Source of the DNA: Candidatus Aminicenantes bacterium
GTDB taxonomy: Bacteria > Acidobacteriota > Aminicenantia > Aminicenantales > Aminicenantaceae
Direction: 5' to 3'
Assembly (NCBI GenBank): GCA_014859315.1
Contig: JACUUK010000001.1
Location: forward strand, 1 to 62,620
DNA length: 62,620 nt
The notes below the pieces were generated by a model that had not been told where the DNA came from, did no database searches, and was given only the letters and a program-made list of their open reading frames with translations. The first letter of the stretch is position 1; each line of letters begins with the position of its first letter. Of this stretch, positions 47,799 through 57,358 are shown piece after piece. The translations under genes were made by a program, and so were the position numbers.

Positions 47799-48287
47799 TT
47801 AGATTGTTTTAAAGACTTTTTTTATCTTCTTTTTTTCAATTATCAATTGTCCCTGGTAAGACACATAGTTCAGTAGAATCAGCACCCGGTCATTTTCACT
47901 CAATTCTTTTTTAAATAGCCCTCGAAGCCCTTTGAAAGGACCCTCCATTACTTCAATCTCGTCATTCAAATCTGGCTCTTGTCCGTATTTATTCAATTCA
48001 ATAAGCCCATTGATTTCTCTCGCCTGAATTTCTTCAATCACCATCTCAGGAACAGGGATAGGGCCTTCTGAATTTCCTACAACCTTTTTAACCCCTCTTG
48101 TGAACTTCACAAGGCGATACTGCAACGGATAATCAAAATAAATAAACTCATATCCAGGGAAAAAAGGCTTTATCCTTTCCTCAAACTTATATTTAGGGGC
48201 ATAGACTTTGATTCCCCCTTCTTTAAACAATTTCTCAACTTGAAATTCTTTTTTTGGACGTGTGTTTAGAACAAACCAATTTTCCAT
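47799..48287 (-). CDS. specialised NusG paralog (NGN + KOW; RfaH/UpxY-like antiterminator)
   Basis: The N-terminal WFVLNTRPKKE is an NGN-domain start, and the KOW-like EVMEGPFKGLRGLF follows. It lies immediately upstream of, and co-oriented with, DegT-GlmS. Confidence 0.65.
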   Translation of the reverse strand: MENWFVLNTRPKKEFQVEKLFKEGGIKVYAPKYKFEERIKPFFPGYEFIYFDYPLQYRLVKFTRGVKKVVGNSEGPIPVPEMVIEEIQAREINGLIELNKYGQEPDLNDEIEVMEGPFKGLRGLFKKELSENDRVLILLNYVSYQGQLIIEKKKIKKVFKTI

Positions 48288-48453
48288 CTTTCCTTCTTCT
48301 ATTTATTTCCTATGATATTATCCATTTCTCAAGTGTTTGTAAATATACTGGTAAATTATTTTGGAAATTTCTTTAACAGAAAATCTGGCATCATAATAAA
48401 TTTTACAGTCTTTTTTAAATTTTTATTTCGTAGAGGAAGGAATAAATATTGGC

Positions 48454-48894
48454 TTAATTATTTAATCTTCTGTTTTTTGTTAAGATAGCCTCAATCGCTG
48501 TTTTTAATTCATTCTCCTCAAAAGGTTTATTCAAAAAGCCATAACATTTGACACTCTGGAATTTTTTTAAAGTATCATCATCTCCATAAGCAGAAATATA
48601 CACAATAGGAATTCGGAATTGTTTATAGATATGCTCTGCAGCACTGATGCCATCTATTTTGCCTTTCAACTTGATATCCATCAAAATAACATCCGGATGC
48701 ATACGTGATGCTCTTTCAATTGATTCTTCTCCTGTGGATACAATATCAGACACATGGAAACCTAAATTTTCAAGGATATACTGAATATCCGTGGCTATAA
48801 TCGTCTCGTCTTCGACAATTAGAACTTTTGGGGCTCTCCTTATTGACTTCACCTTTTTATTTTTAATCTTGTGCTTTTTTATACAGTTTTCCAT
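48454..48894 (-). CDS. single-domain response regulator (CheY-like)
   Basis: VLIVEDE, VILMDIKLKGKIDG and NKP motifs, with a basic N-terminal extension. Confidence 0.8.
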   Translation of the reverse strand: MENCIKKHKIKNKKVKSIRRAPKVLIVEDETIIATDIQYILENLGFHVSDIVSTGEESIERASRMHPDVILMDIKLKGKIDGISAAEHIYKQFRIPIVYISAYGDDDTLKKFQSVKCYGFLNKPFEENELKTAIEAILTKNRRLNN

Positions 48895-49019
48895 TCTAAT
48901 TTATTTAGTCGCACGAACTTTTAAAAAACTGAAAATAAATTGATATTTTTTATTATTTTTTCTGATCTTATGTAATATTTATCGCATTAAATAATTATTT
49001 ATTAATGAATTTAATGGTT

Positions 49020-49150
49020 CTAACGAGATTAGATTGAATGATATTTTACTATTGATTTTTTTTGTTGTCGGGCTGAGTTAACTTATTTATACTAAATAAA
49101 TTAAATTGGAATTCACCTTTATTATTGGACTTAAATCACTCTTCTTATCC
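49020..49150 (+). repeat. copy (D) of the (T/C)TAACGAG...GGACTTAA element family with an AT-rich interior
   Basis: CTAACGAGATT at 49020-49030 (compare TTAACGAGATT at 10693) and GGACTTAAATCACTCTTCTTATCC at 49127-49150 (compare GGACTTAATCCCTTCATCCTATC at 36956). Confidence 0.5.
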
Positions 49151-49212
49151 ATAGCTCATAACAATAATGAGTACCTATAATATAGAAGTACTTTGTTAAG
49201 GAGTAATGATCG

Positions 49213-49278
49213 GATGAATTTGAGGGGATGGAGTATGCGACGCTATCCCCTCAAATTCATCTTTTCCTTTCTGCTTTT
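49213..49278 (+). terminator. orphan 17-bp perfect hairpin with T-rich tail (plus-strand terminator-like)
   Basis: GATGAATTTGAGGGGAT (49213-49229) pairs perfectly with ATCCCCTCAAATTCATC (49245-49261) around a 15-nt loop. CTTTTCCTTTCTGCTTTT follows. No plus-strand gene lies upstream. Confidence 0.45.
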
Positions 49279-49348
49279 ATCTACCCAGGTATCCATTATT
49301 GTGATGAACCTTATCCATAGCTCATCACAAAAAAATATGTTTCGATAT

Positions 49349-50689
49349 TTATTTTTCTTTTATAAGGTATTTATCGTAAATGTATACACCAATAAGAGAT
49401 ATTATTCCCATGAAAGCTACAATCGACCACATAATAATGGCATTACCAGGCAGTGTTTCTGAAGTCGAATGGGAAATAAAGTGCTCAAATAGAATTCCGC
49501 CAATCGGGGCTCCTACGATCGTTCCTAAAGCTATAGGAAGATTGGAGTAACCCAAGTAAAGCCCCTCCTGGCCTTTTGGTGCAATAGCACCTATATATTG
49601 ATATATCCGCGGAGATGTAAGCATTTCCCCTACAGCCATAGAACCTATAGAAAGCGCTATGAATACTCCAGCAACTGGAAGAACCAAGACGAGGAGAGAA
49701 GTTTTTCCAAAAGGATTCATTCCAAATACAAAAGGAAGTACATTGAGGAGTATTCCTGCAACTGTGACTCCAATCCCCAACATGATGGATTTTAATGGAG
49801 TCCAGTTCTTCGAAAGTTTTGTGATTAAAAGCTGGAAACAAACAATCATAACAGGATTTACAAGAGTATAAAGCTCAACAGCCGCATTCGGGTCAATATA
49901 CCTCAAGAACAATGGAATCAGATTGTAAATTTGAACATAAATAAACCAGAAAAAGCCAATAATAATGAGGAAGAAAACAAATTTTAAATTTCTAAGGACT
50001 ATGAACATACCCAGGAGGGCCTGCCCCAATGTCTTTGGTTTTTGAATATCTTTTTTCTCCTCTGTTTCATTATATTCAGGCTCCTTGTAAATAAAAAGAA
50101 TGACAAGCAGCCCTATGAAAGCAAAGGCCGTAGCAACATAGGTAAATATGGAAGGTATTCCGAAATTTATTCTGACAAAATAAGACACGATCCTCCCCAT
50201 CACTGAACCAACATTTATTGTCATATAAAATATTCCGAAGCCAAGAGTGGAAAATTTTCCTGAGGTCTTCTGGACGGTTCCTGCAATACATGGTTTTACA
50301 AAAGACCCTCCAATCCCGATAAATACAATTCCAATGACAATTGGCAATGTATAATCTATTAATGCAGGGCTTTTTCCTAAAATTGTTGGCCAGAACTTTT
50401 GGACAGTTCCCATGATAAAATATCCAACGACGACCAAACTAAAAGCTAGAGAAAGAGATTTTTTAAAACCGAATCTATCAGCTAATGTCCCACTCAAAAT
50501 CGGCATGAAATAAATTAGACCCCATAGAATTGTCCCATTCAGGAAAGTTGCTTTTGTCGGAGACATTCCGAGAATTTCATGAAGATAAATTACAACAAAA
50601 GATGCAACCGCATAATATGCAGCTCTTTCAAAAAGTTCAATTGAATTGGCTGCCCAGAATGACTTTGGAAATCTTGCCTTTTCTGACAT
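49349..50689 (-). CDS. POT/PTR2 family proton-dependent di/tripeptide transporter (MFS)
   Basis: The ExxERFxYY-type motif IELFERAAYYAV lies near the N-terminus of a ~12-14 TM protein. Confidence 0.85.
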   Translation of the reverse strand: MSEKARFPKSFWAANSIELFERAAYYAVASFVVIYLHEILGMSPTKATFLNGTILWGLIYFMPILSGTLADRFGFKKSLSLAFSLVVVGYFIMGTVQKFWPTILGKSPALIDYTLPIVIGIVFIGIGGSFVKPCIAGTVQKTSGKFSTLGFGIFYMTINVGSVMGRIVSYFVRINFGIPSIFTYVATAFAFIGLLVILFIYKEPEYNETEEKKDIQKPKTLGQALLGMFIVLRNLKFVFFLIIIGFFWFIYVQIYNLIPLFLRYIDPNAAVELYTLVNPVMIVCFQLLITKLSKNWTPLKSIMLGIGVTVAGILLNVLPFVFGMNPFGKTSLLVLVLPVAGVFIALSIGSMAVGEMLTSPRIYQYIGAIAPKGQEGLYLGYSNLPIALGTIVGAPIGGILFEHFISHSTSETLPGNAIIMWSIVAFMGIISLIGVYIYDKYLIKEK

Positions 50690-50875
50690 TAAATTAACCT
50701 CTTTTCTTAGTTTTTTTCTTCATACAAGTTTCATTGCTAATATCATAAGAACAAAATAATGTCAAAATAACTGATTATGGTATGTCAAGGCAAAAGGTAA
50801 AAACTGCTTTATGTTAGCAACATTTATAAACATATTTTCATGTCAAGCGTAATATAATATGTAATACAAAACTAT

Positions 50876-51424
50876 ATGGATGATAAACAGTTAATAAAGA
50901 ACTGCCTTGAGGGAGAGGTGGATGAGTTTAGGAAAATTTTGGATAAGTACAGATGGAAGGCCATGTCTCTTGCTTTAAATATTCTTGGAAATCAGGAGGA
51001 TGCCGAAGATGCCTGCCAGGATGCATTTATTAATACCTATCTCAATCTGGGTAAGTTTGATTTTAAAAAGAGTTTTTCCAACTGGTTCTATTCCATCCTT
51101 TACAATCGCTGCCTTGATTATTTGAGGAAAAGGCGACGTTTTTATAAGTTTTTTAAGATGGCAAAAAGTGATTCTTTTCGGTCAGATAACACAAATAATT
51201 CAAACTCTTTTGAACTTCGGTCTGTGATTAAAGGTACTTTAAAAGAGTTAAGCCCTAAAGAGAGAACAGTGCTTTTCTTATGGGCTAAGGAAGGATATAA
51301 AAGCGAAGAGATTGCCAGTGTGATGAAGTGTTCTTCGAGCACTGCCCGGGTTCACCTTTTCAAAGCTCGAAGAAAAATCAAGGCAAAATTGGAGAAAGAA
51401 AATGCTTCGATGCAAGGCGATTAA
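50876..51424 (+). CDS. ECF-type RNA polymerase sigma-70 family factor
   Basis: The region 2 (EDAEDACQDAFINTY, NWFYSILYNRCLDYLR) and region 4 (ERTVLFLWAKEGYKSEEIASVMKCSSSTARVHLFKAR) pattern is characteristic of group IV sigmas. Confidence 0.85.
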   Translation: MDDKQLIKNCLEGEVDEFRKILDKYRWKAMSLALNILGNQEDAEDACQDAFINTYLNLGKFDFKKSFSNWFYSILYNRCLDYLRKRRRFYKFFKMAKSDSFRSDNTNNSNSFELRSVIKGTLKELSPKERTVLFLWAKEGYKSEEIASVMKCSSSTARVHLFKARRKIKAKLEKENASMQGD

Positions 51425-51866
51425 TTTTTTATTTTTTATTTTACCCTTGAAGTGCTGGCAAGATTTTCTGATTAGCAGCCATATCCAAAAATGTCCTTCG
51501 TGTCAGAAAAAATTGGCAAGCATTGAAGAAGTTAAGCCTTTCTTGATTGAGGAAAGCGAAGCAGGAAGCATTGAAGGTGTATGGCCTGAAATAAAGAAAA
51601 AACTTAACCAGGAGAAAAGAAAAAAACCGCGTTCTCTTTGGTTTCGATTGAAATGGGCTTTTGGAATAGCCAGTTTTCTTATAGCCGCAGCAGCCGGGAT
51701 CTGGTTTTATCGCACTCTTGCTCTTGATAAGACTTATTTAAAAGAGAATCTTGTCGAGAGGTTCCAGATTAATTATATAAGGATTGAAAACAAACCGGCT
51801 CGCGCCTTTCTTTTTCAGCCTCATGACTCAGAAATGATTGTCGTCTGGGCTGAAAAAAATATTTAA
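51402..51866 (+). CDS. putative anti-sigma factor (zinc-finger HxxxCxxC, single TM)
   Basis: HIQKCPSCQKK is a ZAS-like motif, and one TM segment (WAFGIASFLIAAAAGIWFY) is present. It overlaps the sigma gene by 23 nt. Confidence 0.55.
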   Translation: MLRCKAINFLFFILPLKCWQDFLISSHIQKCPSCQKKLASIEEVKPFLIEESEAGSIEGVWPEIKKKLNQEKRKKPRSLWFRLKWAFGIASFLIAAAAGIWFYRTLALDKTYLKENLVERFQINYIRIENKPARAFLFQPHDSEMIVVWAEKNI

Positions 51867-51878
51867 AGGAGGATTTCT

Positions 51879-52805
51879 ATGAATAAGAAAACTTTATTAT
51901 TAGGTACAATTTTTCTAATGGGTTTATCTTTTGTTCCCCTAAAAGCTGATGTCAACCTGGACATTAAGATAAGATTTTTTGCAGGCGTAAGGGAAGGAAT
52001 GGCTGAACCCCCTCAATTTGTCACTTCATCGTATTTACAACCCACTGTGACAGCCAGTATTAAATCGAAATTTGAATTGGCTGAAGAACAGAAGCAGATT
52101 AAGAAAATTTTCAATTTGAAAGAAGTGAGCTTAATCACCGAGGCAGACTTGAGGTGGAAATCAAAATATTCGGACAAGATTTTTCATATCTTCCGTTTAG
52201 ACAGTAAAGAGTATTTGCTTTTAATAACACCTGTCTCTCCAGTAAGGAAGAGTCAATTCAGAATCGAAGTCTTTGAACAGAGTGAAAAGGGCAAAATCAA
52301 TTTATTGGATACAGAAATCATCTTACCCGAGAAAAACATTGCTGTATTCGGGTTTGAGGATGTTCAGGGAAAGCCCTATTTTCTCTCCTTTCATACATCA
52401 GAAACCCGGCTGGTAGGTGTTGTTGAAGGAGAGATAAAACCTCCTCGTCTCATAAAAAGAGTGAGCCCTATTTATACGGAAGAAGCGAGAGAGGCATATG
52501 AAGAATTTGCCAAAGGCGCGGTGAAGGCAGAAGGAGAGATAAAACCTCCTCGTCTCATAAAAAGAGTGAGCCCTATTTATCCGGAAGAAGCGAGAGAGGC
52601 AAAAATTCAAGGCGTTGTTATTCTCAGTGCCAGAACAGATGAGAAGGGCAATGTAGAAGCTGTGCAAGTGTTAAAAAGCGTTGATCCTTTGTTAGATCAG
52701 GCTGCTATAGATACAGTTAAACAGTGGAAGTACGAGCCCTTTATTAAGGATGGCAAACCCCATAAAGTTGTATTCACAATAACAGTTGTGTTTAAACTCA
52801 AATAA
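51879..52805 (+). CDS. secreted TonB C-terminal domain protein with an internal tandem duplication
   Basis: Signal peptide. The C-terminal PIYPEEAREAKIQGVVILSARTDEKGNV...VDPLLDQAAIDTVKQWKYEP matches the TonB_C fold. The entry segment of that domain is duplicated. Confidence 0.75.
   Translation: MNKKTLLLGTIFLMGLSFVPLKADVNLDIKIRFFAGVREGMAEPPQFVTSSYLQPTVTASIKSKFELAEEQKQIKKIFNLKEVSLITEADLRWKSKYSDKIFHIFRLDSKEYLLLITPVSPVRKSQFRIEVFEQSEKGKINLLDTEIILPEKNIAVFGFEDVQGKPYFLSFHTSETRLVGVVEGEIKPPRLIKRVSPIYTEEAREAYEEFAKGAVKAEGEIKPPRLIKRVSPIYPEEAREAKIQGVVILSARTDEKGNVEAVQVLKSVDPLLDQAAIDTVKQWKYEPFIKDGKPHKVVFTITVVFKLK
52425..52601 (+). repeat. in-frame direct duplication (72 nt repeated with 105-nt period, 1 mismatch)
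   Basis: 52425-52496 and 52530-52601 are identical except for A/C at the 52nd position. Both encode EGEIKPPRLIKRVSPIY(T/P)EEAREA. Confidence 0.9.
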
Positions 52806-52879
52806 AAAGATATTTATATTTAAAGATGAATGAAGAAATTGGCCATATTATTTCACTGCAGCATAAGTGATTGAGAGTG

Positions 52880-53977
52880 TCAGTAATCTGCCTGTTCATA
52901 TTCTTTCAATAAAGTCTCAATTAGTTCTTTAACAGAGACGATTTTATCTACACGATATGCATTTGCACCAGCAAAGGGAAATCCATCTTCAAGATTTCCT
53001 GTTTTAGCGTTGGTTAATGCAAGGGCAATACAGTATGGCACTCTTCTGAAGTCACAAGTTCTCAAGCATTTCCAGGGGCATTTAAATGGTTTTCTAATTC
53101 CATTAGAAACATCTTCAAGAAATTGATTTCTTATTGCTCTTCCTGGCAATCCTACTGGGCTATCAATAATAATAAGATCATATTTTTTACAATTTATGTA
53201 AGCCTCTTTGAACTTTATGGAGGAATCGCACTCGTGAGTTGCAACAAACTTGGTTGCCATCTGCACTCCTTGAGCTCCCAACTGTATGAATTTATAGATA
53301 TCTGCTCCTGTATATATACCTCCCGCTGCAATTATAGGAATATTTCTGCTGAATTGCTCTTCAAAGGGTTTTATTACAGAAACAACCTCAGGTAATATCT
53401 TTTCCAGTGCATAATCAGGACTTTCAATCTGTTCTTTCTTAAAACCGAGATGCCCACCTGCTAAGGGGCCTTCTACGACAACTGCATCTGGAATATGATT
53501 ATAGTTTTTTGCCCAATATCTAAATATAATTTCAGCGGCCCTCGCAGAAGATACTATAGGAACAAACTTAGTTGAAACCTTCCTCAATCCATCCAATTGT
53601 AATGCCCTTAGATTCTTTAATGGAAGTCCTGCACCAAGGAAAACTAAATCCGCGCTTTCCTCTATTGCAACCAATACAAGATCATCAAAATCTGAAAGAG
53701 CTATCATTAAATTAACTCCAATAATCCCATCGGTCATTTCTTTCGCTTTTCTTATTTCTTTTCTCAAGGCTCTTTTGTTTGCTTTTCTGAAATTTGCACT
53801 GAAATCAGGTTCAAGCATACCGATGCCAGCACCACCAATAACTCCAATCCCACCTTCATTCGCAACAGCTGAAGCTAAACCCGATAAAGAGATGCCAACA
53901 CTCATTCCTCCTTGAATGATTGGTATTTTAGTCTCAAGTTCACCTATTTTTAATCCTGGTATTTTCTTCGAATTCAT
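52880..53977 (-). CDS. nitronate monooxygenase / FMN-dependent enoyl reductase-like oxidoreductase (NMO family)
   Basis: PIIQGGMSVG at the N-terminus, the VVVEGPLAGGHLG and IIAAGGI motifs of the NPD/FabK TIM-barrel family. Confidence 0.8.
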   Translation of the reverse strand: MNSKKIPGLKIGELETKIPIIQGGMSVGISLSGLASAVANEGGIGVIGGAGIGMLEPDFSANFRKANKRALRKEIRKAKEMTDGIIGVNLMIALSDFDDLVLVAIEESADLVFLGAGLPLKNLRALQLDGLRKVSTKFVPIVSSARAAEIIFRYWAKNYNHIPDAVVVEGPLAGGHLGFKKEQIESPDYALEKILPEVVSVIKPFEEQFSRNIPIIAAGGIYTGADIYKFIQLGAQGVQMATKFVATHECDSSIKFKEAYINCKKYDLIIIDSPVGLPGRAIRNQFLEDVSNGIRKPFKCPWKCLRTCDFRRVPYCIALALTNAKTGNLEDGFPFAGANAYRVDKIVSVKELIETLLKEYEQADY

Positions 53978-54468
53978 AAATTATCTCTCTCCATTAAATT
54001 ATTTCGTTTATTTATCTCACAAACGTGCTATATTTATTTGGACTTGCCCAAAAAATGTAACCGCCTTCTTAAGCCTGATACAATTCAAAACAATACTCCC
54101 ATTGGAGTTTTGCAATTCAACTCTTACTATCTCCATCATATTTTATATAATAATTATATTTCCATTATATTTAAAAATTCAACTACAAATATGCTCATTG
54201 TTTTAGTATGTCTCAAGATGAATCAATTCTCTCTTTTTTAACTAACAAAGGACACCATTATGGCACTATCAAAGCAATTACTTTTGCCACACATATCACA
54301 TATAAAATGGGTCTATTCCATTTTTGGTGCACTCTTGGGAAAGAAATTCTAAGAAATGATTATAATGGTTCTTATGAACAGTAAGCCACATATAAAAAGA
54401 AAAGATAAGAATACGGAATTAGGTGCGTGTATCTAAATTGAAATGTTTCTAATGGGAGGATTTAAAAG

Positions 54469-54545
<77 letters not shown>

Positions 54546-54655
54546 ATGTCGAGTTTATTATAGCAAATATATCAGACTTGTCAAACAGAATGCTTATCTT
54601 GTTGATAGTAGCTTGACATCGTATGAAACCAAAAAATATAATTGGAAATTCAAAA

Positions 54656-55153
54656 ATGGCGCAATTCCTTTTTTTCCTGCTTGCTTTAATTTGTGTCATC
54701 TCTATCCTTGGCTTCATACTTTCTAAAAATCAAATATACAATGCTCTTTGCCTTGTTGTAGCATTTACCGCAATGGGCGGACTCTTTTCTCTCCTTGATG
54801 CACCATTTGTCGCAGTTGTGCAGATAATAATTTACGCTGGCGCTATCGTTGTCCTCTTTTTATTTGTAATCATGATGATAGACGTACGCAAGGGAATCCC
54901 CCCTGAGAAAAATCGATGGACTCTTTACCTGTCTGTTGGAATAAGCCTTGTTTTAGCTGCTGAATTTGCTTTTTCTTTGAGCAAAGCAATCTGTTTTTTA
55001 AAGACTCCAGCAACAAAAGAAATTGGCAATCCAACAGCCCTGGGCCACATTCTTTTTACAAAATATATCTATCCCTTTGAGATTACCTCAGTATTAATAG
55101 TTACCGCTATTGTAGGTGCAATCGTGTTAGCAAAAAAAAGAGAAGAGGAATGA
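54656..55153 (+). CDS. nuoJ: NADH-quinone oxidoreductase subunit J
   Basis: Typical NuoJ N-terminus and TM pattern, including a C-terminal FEITSVLIVTAIVGAIVL segment. The ATG at 54656 gives a canonical N-terminus. The tracked start at 54623 adds 11 basic residues. Confidence 0.85.
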   Translation: MAQFLFFLLALICVISILGFILSKNQIYNALCLVVAFTAMGGLFSLLDAPFVAVVQIIIYAGAIVVLFLFVIMMIDVRKGIPPEKNRWTLYLSVGISLVLAAEFAFSLSKAICFLKTPATKEIGNPTALGHILFTKYIYPFEITSVLIVTAIVGAIVLAKKREEE

Positions 55154-55452
55154 TACAGCCGATTTACTTTATCATCTTGAGTTTAATCATTTTTGTACTG
55201 GGAATCATCGCTTTTTTCATCAAAAGAGATTTAATCACAATGTTCATGGCTGTTGAGGTGATGCTTAATGCAGCAAACCTTGCTTTTATTGCATTGACAA
55301 AGGCCATAGGCATAATTGACGGACAAATCATTGTCCTTTTCGTCATTACTGTTGCCGCAGCCGAAGCTGCTGTCGGGCTTGCTATAATCCTTCTCATTTT
55401 CAGACAGAAAAAGACCATAAGAACAGAAGACATTCAGGTAATGAAAGGTTAA
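55150..55452 (+). CDS. nuoK: NADH-quinone oxidoreductase subunit K
   Basis: 100-aa three-TM protein with MFMAVEVMLNAANLAF and AAAEAAVGLAI, the conserved Glu-containing helices of NuoK. Confidence 0.9.
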   Translation: MIQPIYFIILSLIIFVLGIIAFFIKRDLITMFMAVEVMLNAANLAFIALTKAIGIIDGQIIVLFVITVAAAEAAVGLAIILLIFRQKKTIRTEDIQVMKG

Positions 55453-55453
55453 A

Positions 55454-57355
55454 ATGACAGAGATTTTCTGGATGATTCCATTTTTTCCTGCCCTGGGTTC
55501 ACTCGTTTTAGTGCTTCTCGGCCATAAGCTTTCCAAAAAACATGTGTCCTTTATCGCTTGTTCTACAATTTTCATTTCTTTGTGCATTTCTGTTATTTCA
55601 TTTGCTGGGCTTCTTAAAATAGGAGCTGAAAACTATCCTCTGGTTAAAAAACTATTTACATGGATTCCCACACACGGCTTTAAAGCTGATTTTTCCCTCC
55701 AATTCGACCCATTATCTGCCATAATGGTACTTATAGTTACTGTAGTCGGTTTCCTTATTCACATTTATTCGACCGGCTACATGGCAGAAGACAAAAGCTA
55801 TTCACGTTATTTTGCCTACCTCAATCTTTTTACTTTTGCCATGCTTATCCTTGTTATGGCATCAAACATCGTACTAATGTTTGTCGGATGGGAAGGAGTC
55901 GGCCTTTGTTCATATCTTCTCATAGGATTCTGGTTTGAAAAACATTCTGCTGCTCAAGCAGGAAAAAAAGCGTTTATTGTCAACCGAATCGGAGATGCAG
56001 CCTTCCTTATTGGCATTCTTTTCATCTTTTTTCATATCGGCTCTGGAGAATTTACAGCAATCAACACAGCTATTTCAAGAGGTTCCATATCTACAGGATT
56101 TGCCACAGTAGTTGGAATCCTGCTTTTTGCCGGAGCAACAGGAAAATCAGCCCAGATTCCACTTTACGTATGGCTTCCCGATGCAATGGAAGGGCCAACG
56201 CCTGTCAGTGCTTTCATACATGCAGCTACCATGGTGACAGCAGGAGTATACATGGTTGCAAGAATGAATTTTCTCTACTCCTTCTCTGGGACTGCATCTC
56301 ATATTATCGCATTCATAGGCGCATTGACTGCAATCTATGCTGCCACCATGGCACTGACACAAAATGACATTAAACGCGTACTTGCGTATTCCACGATTTC
56401 GCAAATCGGGTATATGTTTATAGGTTGCGGTGTCGGCGCTTATTCTGCAGGAATGTTTCATCTTTACACACACGCATTTTTTAAAAGTCTTTTATTCCTG
56501 GCTGCAGGAAGTGTCATGCATGCTCTCTCTGGAGAAGCGGACATGCGCAAAATGGGAGGGCTTAAAAAATACCTACCTATCACCTACCCCGCTTTTCTTA
56601 TCGGAGCAATTGCTATCTCTGGAATTCCTTTTTTCTCTGGTTTTTTCTCTAAAGATGCCATCCTCACCAAAGCTTTTACTAATGGGCAATACTTTGTATG
56701 GACCATTGGAGTTCTGGGAACTATTCTAACCGCATTCTATATGTTTCGACTGATTTTCCTGACTTTTCATGGAAAAGAACGTATAACTCCTGAGGCAAAA
56801 ATGCTTCTTCACGAATCTCCTCCTGTGATGACTGTCCCGCTTGTTATCCTTGCGTTTTTCTCTGTTGTTGCGGGCTATGCTGGGGTTCCTGCAGTTTTTG
56901 GGAAAAAACTTGATTGGTTCAGCTGTTTCCTGCAGCCTATTTTCAGTCGTGGCCGCGAAGTCCACGTAAGTTTAGGTGCTGAATTGGCACTTATCCTTAT
57001 TTCATCCTTTTTGGCTATTTTGGGGCTCTATCTTGCCTATCTCTCTTACATAAAAAGGCCTCAATTTCCACATACTTTTGCCACACGCTTTCCTTTTATT
57101 TACAGGTTGTTGTACAACAAATATTATGTGGACGAGGCATACGATGCTCTCTTTGTCCGCCCCCTCGTTAGAGGATCTGAACAAATATACAATAAATTTG
57201 ATTTAAAAATCATTGATGGAGCTGTAAATGAAACAGCTTCTGCCACTGGGTCTTTCGGAAAACTTATATGCTATCTGCAAACTGGATTTATCAAAGACTA
57301 TGCTCTTGTGTTTCTCCTTGGAGTAGCTCTCTTTTTAGGTTATCTCTTGTTTTAA
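55454..57355 (+). CDS. nuoL: NADH-quinone oxidoreductase subunit L
   Basis: Mrp-antiporter-like core (WEGVGLCSYLLIGFW, GKSAQIPLYVWLPDAMEGPTPVSA) with a long C-terminal lateral-helix region. Confidence 0.92.
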   Translation: MTEIFWMIPFFPALGSLVLVLLGHKLSKKHVSFIACSTIFISLCISVISFAGLLKIGAENYPLVKKLFTWIPTHGFKADFSLQFDPLSAIMVLIVTVVGFLIHIYSTGYMAEDKSYSRYFAYLNLFTFAMLILVMASNIVLMFVGWEGVGLCSYLLIGFWFEKHSAAQAGKKAFIVNRIGDAAFLIGILFIFFHIGSGEFTAINTAISRGSISTGFATVVGILLFAGATGKSAQIPLYVWLPDAMEGPTPVSAFIHAATMVTAGVYMVARMNFLYSFSGTASHIIAFIGALTAIYAATMALTQNDIKRVLAYSTISQIGYMFIGCGVGAYSAGMFHLYTHAFFKSLLFLAAGSVMHALSGEADMRKMGGLKKYLPITYPAFLIGAIAISGIPFFSGFFSKDAILTKAFTNGQYFVWTIGVLGTILTAFYMFRLIFLTFHGKERITPEAKMLLHESPPVMTVPLVILAFFSVVAGYAGVPAVFGKKLDWFSCFLQPIFSRGREVHVSLGAELALILISSFLAILGLYLAYLSYIKRPQFPHTFATRFPFIYRLLYNKYYVDEAYDALFVRPLVRGSEQIYNKFDLKIIDGAVNETASATGSFGKLICYLQTGFIKDYALVFLLGVALFLGYLLF

Positions 57356-57358
57356 AAA

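Noticed and set aside
54258-54273. TGGCAC-N5-AAGCA resembling a sigma-54 promoter
   Set aside because: The -12 element is AAGCA rather than TTGCA/TTGCT, and no gene lies downstream in that orientation. Other TGGCAC/TGGCAT hits (27446, 45248, 60734) are inside genes.
54260-54349. 29-codon small ORF (MALSKQLLLPHISHIKWVYSIFGALLGKKF) in the 490-bp spacer downstream of the tRNA
   Set aside because: It has only a weak AAAGGA upstream and no recognisable family. It cannot be supported from sequence alone.
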